Of a stretch of DNA of 41,597 bases, positions 34,542 to 41,597 are shown in pieces. The stretch's first letter is position 1. Each line of letters opens with the position of its first letter. The translations under genes and the position numbers were made by a program. Source of the DNA: Betaproteobacteria bacterium (lineage in GTDB: Bacteria; Pseudomonadota; Gammaproteobacteria; Burkholderiales; SG8-39); contig JANMUO010000366.1 of NCBI GenBank assembly GCA_031391655.1, positions 1 through 41,597 of the forward strand, given 5' to 3'. The notes beneath the pieces are model-generated. The model worked only from the letters and a program-made list of their open reading frames with translations, ran no database searches and was not told the DNA's origin.

Positions 34542-35084
34542 ATGGGCGACGCCAAGGCGGAGCAGGTCCTGCACTTCTGGTTCGAGGAGCATGCGAAGGA
34601 CTGGTTCGTGAAGAACGCGGCCTTCGACGCCGAGGTCCGGTCGCAATTCCTGGACCTTCACGAAGCCGCCGCGGCCGGCCAGCAGGTGCATTGGGCGGAC
34701 GACTCCCGCAGCTGCCTCGCGCTGGTCATCGTCCTGGACCAGTTCCCGCGCAACATGTTCCGCGGCGAGGCGCGCGCCTTTGCCACGGATGCGCTTGCCC
34801 GCTCGGGCGCACGCGTGATCCTGGAGCGCGGATGGCACCGGCAGATGGCGCAGCCCGAGCAGCTGTTCGCCTACCTGCCCTTCGAGCACAGCGAGGCGCT
34901 CGAAGATCAGCAGCTGGCGTGCGAATTGATGAAGGATTTCGATACGGACCAATTGCGCTATGCGATCCGCCACCGCGAGATCATCGAGCGCTTCGGCCGC
35001 TTTCCCCACCGCAACGGCCTTCTCGGCCGCGATAGTACTGCGGCCGAGATCGAGTTCCTCAAAGAACCCGGGTCAGGATTCTGA
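34542..35084 (+). CDS. DUF924 family protein
   Basis: 180 aa. [22 protein letters not shown] and [17 protein letters not shown] match the conserved DUF924 pattern. The function is uncharacterised. Confidence 0.8.
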   Translation: MGDAKAEQVLHFWFEEHAKDWFVKNAAFDAEVRSQFLDLHEAAAAGQQVHWADDSRSCLALVIVLDQFPRNMFRGEARAFATDALARSGARVILERGWHRQMAQPEQLFAYLPFEHSEALEDQQLACELMKDFDTDQLRYAIRHREIIERFGRFPHRNGLLGRDSTAAEIEFLKEPGSGF

Positions 35085-36758
35085 ACCGTCGGTGATGGCC
35101 CCAAGGGAGGCGGTCGACACCAGCCGCATGTATTTCGCCAGCAGGCCTTTCGTGTAGCGGGGCTTGGGCGCTTTCCATTTCTTCCTGCGCGCGGCAAGTT
35201 CCTTTGCCGGCACATTGAGCTGGACCAGGCGCTTCTTCGCGTCGATGGTGATCGAGTCGCCTTCCTTCACCAGCGCAATGGTGCCGCCAACGTAGGCTTC
35301 CGGCGCGACGTGGCCGACCACCATGCCCCAGGTTCCCCCGGAAAAGCGCCCGTCGGTCAACAGGCCCACCGAATCGCCCAGGCCCTGCCCGATCAGGGCC
35401 GAGGTCGGCGCCAGCATCTCCTGCATGCCGGGGCCGCCCTTGGGCCCCTCGTAGCGGATCACGATCACGTTGCCCGGCTTGATCTTCCTGGCCATGATCG
35501 CCTGCATGCACGCGGGCTCGGAGTCGAACACGCGCGCGGGGCCGGTGATCGAGGTCTTCTTCAGTCCGGTGATCTTCGCCACGCAGCCTTCGGTGGCGAG
35601 GTTGCCCTTGAGGATGGCGAGGTGGCCCTCCTTGTAGATGGGATTGGACCAGGGACGGATGACATCCTGCCCCTTGCCCGGCTCGGCAGGCACGTCCTTC
35701 AGCATCTCGGCCATCGTCCTGCCGTGGATGGTCATGCAATCGCCGTGCAGCACGCCATTGGAGAGCAGGATCTTGAGCACCTGCGGCACGCCGCCGGCGC
35801 GGTGGAAGTCCACCGCCACGTAGCGCCCCGAGGGCTTCAGGTCGCACAGCACCGGCACCTTGCGGCGCACGCGCTCGAAGTCGTCGATGGTCCACTTCAC
35901 GCCGGCGGCCGAAGCGATGGCGAGGAAATGCAGCACGCCGTTGGTGGAGCCGCCGGTGGCCATGATCAGCGCCACCGCGTTCTCGATGGACTTGCGCGTG
36001 ATGATGTCGCGCGGCTTGAGGTTGTTGCGCACTGCGTCGACCAGCACTTTCGCCGACTCGGCCGCCGAGTCGGCCTTCTCCGCGTCGGGCGAGGCCATCT
36101 GCGAGGAGCCGAGCAGGCTCATGCCTAGCGCTTCGAAGGACGAGGACATCGTGTTGGCGGTATACATGCCGCCGCAGGCGCCCACCGAGGGGCAGGCGTT
36201 CTTCTCGATGCCGGTGAAGTCCTCCTGGCTCATCTTGCCCGCGCTGAACGCGCCCACGGCCTCGAAGGCCGAGACGATGGTGAGGTCCTGGCCCTTCCAC
36301 TTGCCCGGCTTGATGGTGCCGCCGTAGACGTAGATCGCCGGCACGTTCATGCGCGCGATCGCCATCATGCCGCCGGGCATGTTCTTGTCGCAGCCGCCCA
36401 CCACCAGCGCGCCGTCCATCGCCTGGCCGTTGACCGAGGTCTCGATCGCGTCTGCAATGACCTCGCGCGACACCAGCGAATACTTCATCGCCTCGGTGCC
36501 CATGCCGATGCCGTCGGTGATGGTGGGCACGCCGAACACCTGGGGCTTGGCGCCCGCGGCCTCCAGCGCCGCCATCGCGCGGTCCACCAGCGGCTGGATG
36601 CCGGCGTTGCAAGGGTTCATCGTGGAGTGGCCGTTGGCCACACCGATGATCGGCTTGTCAAAATCGCCATCCTTGAAGCCCACGGCGCGCAGCATCGCGC
36701 GGTTGGGCGAGCGCGCCACGCCCTGGGTGATCAGTTTGGAACGGCGGTTGTCGGCCAT
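35073..36758 (-). CDS. ilvD: Dihydroxy-acid dehydratase
   Basis: 561 aa with [28 protein letters not shown], the [10 protein letters not shown] Fe-S ligand motif, and [11 protein letters not shown]-like [12 protein letters not shown] strong SD (AAGGAGG) precedes the ATG. Confidence 0.97.
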   Translation of the reverse strand: MADNRRSKLITQGVARSPNRAMLRAVGFKDGDFDKPIIGVANGHSTMNPCNAGIQPLVDRAMAALEAAGAKPQVFGVPTITDGIGMGTEAMKYSLVSREVIADAIETSVNGQAMDGALVVGGCDKNMPGGMMAIARMNVPAIYVYGGTIKPGKWKGQDLTIVSAFEAVGAFSAGKMSQEDFTGIEKNACPSVGACGGMYTANTMSSSFEALGMSLLGSSQMASPDAEKADSAAESAKVLVDAVRNNLKPRDIITRKSIENAVALIMATGGSTNGVLHFLAIASAAGVKWTIDDFERVRRKVPVLCDLKPSGRYVAVDFHRAGGVPQVLKILLSNGVLHGDCMTIHGRTMAEMLKDVPAEPGKGQDVIRPWSNPIYKEGHLAILKGNLATEGCVAKITGLKKTSITGPARVFDSEPACMQAIMARKIKPGNVIVIRYEGPKGGPGMQEMLAPTSALIGQGLGDSVGLLTDGRFSGGTWGMVVGHVAPEAYVGGTIALVKEGDSITIDAKKRLVQLNVPAKELAARRKKWKAPKPRYTKGLLAKYMRLVSTASLGAITDGSES

Positions 36759-36822
36759 GGCCTGCCTCCTTGAAATTGTGCCGGCAGTCTAAGCGACCGC
36801 CTGTGTTGCGATCCAATACAAT

Positions 36823-36845
36823 AAAGGTTCTCTACTGATACCTTT
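36823..36845. promoter_or_regulatory. Candidate LysR-type operator: AAAGGT-N11-ACCTTT dyad (T-N11-A core)
   Basis: A perfect 6-bp inverted repeat separated by 11 nt lies in the ilvD/LysR divergent region. It is immediately downstream of a TACAAT -10-like hexamer (36817..36822, plus strand) and 6 nt before the LysR gene ATG. Confidence 0.35.
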
Positions 36846-36850
36846 GGAGC

Positions 36851-37741
36851 ATGAACAGCCCGGAACTGCGCCAGCTGCGCCACTTCGTCGCCGTCGCCGA
36901 GCAGCTGCATTTCGGCCGCGCCGCGGCCTCGATGCACATGTCGCAGCCACCCCTGTCGCGCTCGATCCAGGACCTCGAGCGGCGCCTGGGCGCGACGTTG
37001 CTCGCGCGCACTCGCCGCAAGGTCGAGCTCACCCCGGAAGGCGCGCGATTCCTCGAGGAAGCGAAACGCGTGCTGGCTCAGCTCGAGCGTGCGGTGCTCG
37101 AGGTTGGCAGAATGGCGGCAGGTGCCGGCGGGCAGTTGCGGCTGGGATTCGTCTCGCTCGCCGACTACGGCGTGCTCCCGGAACTGCTCAAGGCCTACAA
37201 GGCTTCGCGGCCGGGCGTTGCCCTGGCGCTGCGCGAGATGCTCTCGCCCGAGCAGGCCACGGCGCTCGCTGCCGGCGAGCTCGACTTCGGCCTGCTGCTG
37301 CCGCCGGTGACGGGCGACCTGGAGCACCTGGTGGTGCAGCGCGAACGCTTCGTCGCTGCCCTGCCGTCCCGGCATCGCCTGGCGCGCGGGCGCGGGCGCA
37401 TCTCGATGCGAGAGCTGGCCGGTGAAGCCTTCGTCATGGCGCCGCGCGAAATCGCTCCGGGCCTGCATGACATCGTTGCCGTGCTTGCGGCGCGCGCCGG
37501 ATTCTCCCCGCGCGTTGCCCAGGCAGCGATCCAGATGCAGACCGTGGTGAGCCTGGTGTCGAGCGGGCTCGGCGTGGCGGTGGTGCCCGCGTCCGTCGCC
37601 AACCTGGGGCGGCGCGGCGTCGTCTATCGCGATATCGCCGACGCGCACCCCAGGCTCGACCTTTGGCTCGCCTGGCGCCGCGGCAGCCTCGGCGCAGCGG
37701 GCCGGGACTTCGTGCAGCACGCTCGGCGCATTGCGCGCTAA
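36851..37741 (+). CDS. LysR-family transcriptional regulator
   Basis: 296 aa with N-terminal w[41 protein letters not shown]. It is divergent from ilvD. Confidence 0.9.
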   Translation: MNSPELRQLRHFVAVAEQLHFGRAAASMHMSQPPLSRSIQDLERRLGATLLARTRRKVELTPEGARFLEEAKRVLAQLERAVLEVGRMAAGAGGQLRLGFVSLADYGVLPELLKAYKASRPGVALALREMLSPEQATALAAGELDFGLLLPPVTGDLEHLVVQRERFVAALPSRHRLARGRGRISMRELAGEAFVMAPREIAPGLHDIVAVLAARAGFSPRVAQAAIQMQTVVSLVSSGLGVAVVPASVANLGRRGVVYRDIADAHPRLDLWLAWRRGSLGAAGRDFVQHARRIAR

Positions 37742-37757
37742 TCTTCATCCCGCCGCC

Positions 37758-38534
37758 ATGCTGATCCACCCGCAAATCGACCCGATCGCCATTTCCATCG
37801 GCCCGCTCGCCGTGCGCTGGTACGGCCTCATGTACCTGGCGGCTTTCGGCATGCTGTGGTGGCTTGGCCGGCGGCGCATCGCGCAAGGCGATGCGCCGGT
37901 CACGCGAGCGCAGTTCGACGACATGATTTTCTTCGGCGTGCTCGGCACGATCCTCGGCGGGCGGCTGGGCTACGTGCTGTTCTACAAGCCCGCGTACTTC
38001 CTGCAGCATCCTCTGGAAGCGTTCGCCATCTGGCAGGGCGGCATGGCGTTCCACGGCGGTTTCCTCGGCGTGCTGGCCGCGCTCGCGTTCTACGCCTGGC
38101 GCCAGCGGCTGGACTGGTGGCGGTTGATGGACTTCATTGCGCCGCTCGTGCCGCCGGGCCTCGCCGCCGGGCGCCTTGGGAATTTCATCAACGGCGAGCT
38201 GTGGGGCCGTACGACGGACCTGCCGTGGGGCATGGTGTTTCGCGGCGCGGGCGAAGCGCCGCGCCACCCCTCGCAGCTCTACCAGTTCGCGCTCGAAGGC
38301 GTGCTGCTGTTCGCGCTGTTGTGGTGGTACTCGTCAAAACCGCGCGCGCGCGCTTCAGTGTCCGCGATGTTCCTCATCGGCTACGGCGCGATGCGCTTCA
38401 TCGCCGAGTTCGCGCGCGAGCCGGATGACTACCTGGGGCTGCTCGCACTCGGCCTGTCGATGGGCCAGTGGCTGTGCCAGCCGATGATTGCAGCGGGAAT
38501 CGGGCTGTTGGCCTGGAGCCGCAAGCAGCGATGA
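37758..38534 (+). CDS. lgt: Prolipoprotein diacylglyceryl transferase
   Basis: The start is ATG 37758 within track ORF 37731..38534 ([27 protein letters not shown]). The Lgt signature [14 protein letters not shown] is present. Confidence 0.93.
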   Translation: MLIHPQIDPIAISIGPLAVRWYGLMYLAAFGMLWWLGRRRIAQGDAPVTRAQFDDMIFFGVLGTILGGRLGYVLFYKPAYFLQHPLEAFAIWQGGMAFHGGFLGVLAALAFYAWRQRLDWWRLMDFIAPLVPPGLAAGRLGNFINGELWGRTTDLPWGMVFRGAGEAPRHPSQLYQFALEGVLLFALLWWYSSKPRARASVSAMFLIGYGAMRFIAEFAREPDDYLGLLALGLSMGQWLCQPMIAAGIGLLAWSRKQR

Positions 38535-39076
38535 AGTGGCTCCTGCTCCTTTGTTTCCTGCTCCCCTGCGCGGCAGCCGCAGATGACGCACTCTGGAAAC
38601 TGCTCGGCAAAGGCGGGCAGGTGCTGTTCATCCGGCACGCCGAGACCACGCCTGGCGTCGGCGACCCGCAGGGCTTCAAACTCGACGATTGCACGACCCA
38701 GCGCAACCTTTCGCCAGCGGGCCGCGAGCAGGCGCAGCGCATGGGGGCCGAGTTCAAGCGCCGTGGCATCCCGGTCGGCGAGGTGCTGGCCAGTCCCTGG
38801 TGCCGCTGCGCTGACACCGCGGCGCTGGCTTTCGGCAGTTCAAAGCCCTGGGCGCCGCTGTCGAACCTCTTCGGACGGCAGTCGGAAGCCGAGCGCCAGG
38901 TACGCGCCATGCGCTCGCGCATCTCCACCTACCGCGGCAAAGCCAATCTGGTGCTCGTTTCCCACGGCTCCACGGCCGCGGCGCTGGCAGGCCAGCATCC
39001 GACGATGGGAGAAGCGCTCGTGCTCACGCCGACCGTCGCCGGCTTTGACCTGGCTGGCCGACTCCTGGTGCCATGA
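38531..39076 (+). CDS. Secreted histidine-phosphatase-superfamily protein (small, SixA/PGM-branch)
   Basis: The start is ATG 38531 ([19 protein letters not shown] signal peptide), overlapping the lgt stop (ATGA). The catalytic-type motifs are [11 protein letters not shown] (RHx) and LVSHGST. The Cys pair is in [10 protein letters not shown]. Confidence 0.75.
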   Translation: MKWLLLLCFLLPCAAAADDALWKLLGKGGQVLFIRHAETTPGVGDPQGFKLDDCTTQRNLSPAGREQAQRMGAEFKRRGIPVGEVLASPWCRCADTAALAFGSSKPWAPLSNLFGRQSEAERQVRAMRSRISTYRGKANLVLVSHGSTAAALAGQHPTMGEALVLTPTVAGFDLAGRLLVP

Positions 39077-40017
39077 AGGTCTGGCTCGCCTTCGCGCTAC
39101 TGGCTGCTTCCCTGGGCGCGCACGCGCAGGCCGCCAGCCCCCACGCGATCGACATCCCGGCCTGGTTCTCGGAGACCTTCCTGGATTTTCCGGAAGACGT
39201 GCGCGACGCGGCGCGCGAGAAAAAGCGCGTGCTGCTGTATTTCGGGCAGGACGGCTGCCCTTACTGCAAGGAGTTGATGCAGACCAACTTCACGCAGCGC
39301 GTGATCGTGGACAAGACCCGCAGGCACTTCGTCGCCATCGCCCTGAACGTCTGGGGCGACCGCGACACGACCTGGATCGATGGAAGGCGCATGACGGAGA
39401 AAGAACTGGCGCGCGCGCTGCGCGTCCAGTTCACACCGACGGTGCTCATCCTCGACGAGAAAGGCGCGGTGGTGGCCCGAATGAACGGCTACTACCCGCC
39501 GCAGCGTTTCTCGGCGGCCCTGGACTACGCGGCCGGCATCGCGGGCAAGGGCAGGACGTTCGAGGACCATATGCAGGGAGCGGCCAAGGACGCGGCGAGC
39601 CCCAGGCTGCACGAGGAAGCCTTCTTCCTCAAGCCGCCGGTGCGGCTCGACGGCGCGAAACCTGTGGCGCTGGTGTTCGAAACGCCCTACTGCGCCGGCT
39701 GCGACGACCTGCACCGGGAGGGATTCAAGCGGCCGGAAGTGCGCAAGCTGCTCGAGCAGTTTGACGTGTACCAGTTGACGCCGGAGGCCGGACGCGCGCT
39801 CTCGCTGCGTGTCGCGTACACCCCGAGCATTGTGCTGTTCGATGGCGGCAAGGAGGTGTTCCGCGCCGAGTCCTACCTGCGCCCTTTCCACCTGGCTTCC
39901 GCGCTGGACTACGTGGCCAGCAGGAGCTATCGCACGGAGCTGTCTTTTCAGCGCTACGTCCAGGCGCGCTCGGACCGCCTGCGCGCGCGCGGCCAGAACG
40001 TGGACCTCTGGAAGTAG
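39073..40017 (+). CDS. Secreted protein with two thioredoxin-fold-like halves, each with a CxxC
   Basis: 314 aa. The ATG overlaps the phosphatase stop (ATGA). The signal peptide is [20 protein letters not shown]. The first half has LLYFGQDGCPYCKELM and the second has LVFETPYCAGCDDLH. Both are followed by a ...TP(T/S)(V/I)(L/V)LFD-type strand, as in thioredoxin-like proteins. Confidence 0.65.
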   Translation: MKVWLAFALLAASLGAHAQAASPHAIDIPAWFSETFLDFPEDVRDAAREKKRVLLYFGQDGCPYCKELMQTNFTQRVIVDKTRRHFVAIALNVWGDRDTTWIDGRRMTEKELARALRVQFTPTVLILDEKGAVVARMNGYYPPQRFSAALDYAAGIAGKGRTFEDHMQGAAKDAASPRLHEEAFFLKPPVRLDGAKPVALVFETPYCAGCDDLHREGFKRPEVRKLLEQFDVYQLTPEAGRALSLRVAYTPSIVLFDGGKEVFRAESYLRPFHLASALDYVASRSYRTELSFQRYVQARSDRLRARGQNVDLWK

Positions 40018-40020
40018 CGC

Positions 40021-41597
40021 CTAGCCGGCGAGTGCGCGTTCGAGCACGCGCGCGACATGCATAGCGCGGCGCTGCGTGCCGTCGGCGATCTGGTGGCGGC
40101 AGCTGGTGCCGTCGGCGACGATCAGCGTCTCGGCGCCGGCGCGCCGCACCGCGGGCAGGAGGCTCAGTTCGGCCATCTTGAGGGACAGTTCATAGTGCTC
40201 CGCTTCGTAGCCGAAACTGCCGGCCATCCCGCAGCAGCCCGATTCGATCGTCGACACCTTCAATCCCGGCACCAGCGCGAGCGAGCGCTCCACCGCGCCC
40301 ATCGCGCCGAACGCCTTCTGGTGGCAGTGGCCATGCAGCAGCGCTTGCTGCTCGAGCGGCTTCAACTTGAGTTCCAGGCGACCTGCCTCGGCTTCGCGCG
40401 CCAGGAATTCCTCGAACAGGAACGCGTTGGCCGCCAGCGCCTTGGCCTGCGGCAGCAGCACCGGGTATTCGTCGCGCAGCGTATACAGGCAGGAGGGCTC
40501 AAGTCCGATCACCGGGATGCCGTTGGCGACCCACGGTGCGAGGGCGTCGAGCACGCGCTGCGCTTCGCGCTTTGCCTCCTGCACCAGACCGGCTGACAGG
40601 AAGGTACGCCCGCAGCACAGGGGCCGCTCGCCGATCAGCGGCTGCGCGACGTGCACCCGGTTGCCGGCCGCCTCCAGCACTCGCACCGCGGCGCGAGGGT
40701 TCTCGGGCTCGAAATAGCGGTTGAACGTATCCACGAGCAGGACCACCTCGCGACTGCCGCGCTTTGGCCACACCCGATCGACGAAGTAGTTGCTGCGCCA
40801 TGCCGGTAGCTCGCGCTGCGACGAAAAGCCGACTGCGGATCGCATCCAGCGTGATGCAAGGTTGGCGACGGGCGCCAGGCGCGCCGCCCACGGCGCGTAG
40901 CGCGGCAGCCAGGCGACTGCGCGGTCGCGCAGCGTGAGGCCGTGCCGCGCCTTGTAGTGCGCGGTGAACTCGATCTTCATGCGCGCCATGTCCACACCGG
41001 TCGGGCATTCGCGCTTGCAACCCTTGCAGGAAACGCACAGGTCGAGCGCCTGCTTCACCTCGGCGTCCGCATTCGCGCCGAGCTGGCCCGAGAGCGCGAG
41101 GCGCAGCGTATTGGCGCGCCCGCGCGTCAGGTGCGCTTCGTCGCGGGTGACGCGGTAGGACGGGCACATGGTGCCCGCGTCGAACTTGCGGCAGTGGCCG
41201 TTGTTGTTGCACATCTCGACGGCCTTGTCGACGCCGCCCCATTCCGACCAGTCGAGCATTGCGACCGGCGCCTTTGCCTTGTAGCCGGGCGGGAAGCGGA
41301 ACAGCCGCGCGTCGTCCATCTTCGACGGATTGACGATCTTGCCCGGATTCATCAGGCCCTTGGGGTCCAGCCACGACTTGATCTCCCCGAGACAGGCGGT
41401 GAGCCGCGGACCGAAGAAGGGCTCGATCCACTCCGAGCGCACCAGGCCGTCGCCGTGCTCGCCCGAGTAGGCGCCCTTGTACTGCTTGACCATGGCGCAG
41501 GCTTCCTCGGCGATGGCGCGCATCTTGGTGGCGTCGCCCGCGCGCATGTCGAGGATCGGCCGCACGTGCAGCGTACCGACGGAGGCGTGCGCGTACC
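40021..41597 (-). CDS. FAD-linked oxidase / Fe-S (GlcD-GlcF fusion, YdiJ-like) oxidoreductase, C-terminal part (5' end beyond window)
   Basis: The track ORF is 40021..41565, but the frame stays open to the window edge (my translation reads ...YAHASVGTLHVRPILDMRAGD). It has the FAD-oxidase C-terminal segment SGEHGDGLVRSEW, two 4Fe-4S motifs (CNNNGHCRKFDAGTMCPS, CVSCKGCKRECP) and CCG domains (ESGCCGMAGSFGYE). Confidence 0.85.
   Translation of the reverse strand, partial: YAHASVGTLHVRPILDMRAGDATKMRAIAEEACAMVKQYKGAYSGEHGDGLVRSEWIEPFFGPRLTACLGEIKSWLDPKGLMNPGKIVNPSKMDDARLFRFPPGYKAKAPVAMLDWSEWGGVDKAVEMCNNNGHCRKFDAGTMCPSYRVTRDEAHLTRGRANTLRLALSGQLGANADAEVKQALDLCVSCKGCKRECPTGVDMARMKIEFTAHYKARHGLTLRDRAVAWLPRYAPWAARLAPVANLASRWMRSAVGFSSQRELPAWRSNYFVDRVWPKRGSREVVLLVDTFNRYFEPENPRAAVRVLEAAGNRVHVAQPLIGERPLCCGRTFLSAGLVQEAKREAQRVLDALAPWVANGIPVIGLEPSCLYTLRDEYPVLLPQAKALAANAFLFEEFLAREAEAGRLELKLKPLEQQALLHGHCHQKAFGAMGAVERSLALVPGLKVSTIESGCCGMAGSFGYEAEHYELSLKMAELSLLPAVRRAGAETLIVADGTSCRHQIADGTQRRAMHVARVLERALAG

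Overview
About 41.6 kb of high-GC proteobacterial chromosome with beta/gamma-proteobacterial gene order. It is almost entirely coding. I call 44 protein genes, two of them cut by the window edges. I found no rRNA, tRNA or other recognisable RNA gene, no CRISPR array, and no transposase, integrase or phage genes.

Gene order, left to right:
- gltB(5' part) <- aroB <- aroK <- pilQ-P-O-N-M
- -> PBP1A, then <- cyaY
- -> lptM-lysA-RND adaptor-RND pump-NYN/LOTUS protein-81-aa ORF
- <- anti-sigma <- ECF sigma <- dihaem cyt c <- cyt c' <- cyt c4
- -> engB -> hemB
- <- VOC enzyme <- ABC permease/ATPase/binding protein <- dsbD <- cutA <- SDR
- -> 2Fe-2S flavin reductase
- <- livF-G-M-H-K <- cyt c551
- -> DUF924
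- <- ilvD
- -> LysR -> lgt -> secreted His-phosphatase -> double-thioredoxin protein
- <- FAD/Fe-S oxidoreductase (3' part)

Most of this is housekeeping in familiar synteny, and I do not see an unambiguous new multi-gene system. The candidates most worth a second look are:
1. An intact NYN(LabA)-OST-HTH/LOTUS predicted RNase plus an acidic 81-aa ORF. Both are chained by ATGA overlaps to the end of an RND efflux pump, which itself starts on the lysA stop codon.
2. A TAGAAT/TACAAT hexamer 6-7 nt upstream of the ATG of four genes that lack a Shine-Dalgarno sequence. These are candidate leaderless mRNAs.
3. An lgt-linked pair of secreted proteins: a His-phosphatase and a double CxxC thioredoxin-fold protein.
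4. Three tandem cytochrome c genes running into an ECF sigma/anti-sigma pair, with an intrinsic terminator embedded at the start of the dihaem gene.

All six convergent gene junctions overlap or are 3 nt or less apart. Coordinates of small motifs were counted by hand, anchored to ORF-track boundaries, and may be off by 1-2 nt. No homology search was possible, so all family calls rest on motifs read in the translations and on gene context.
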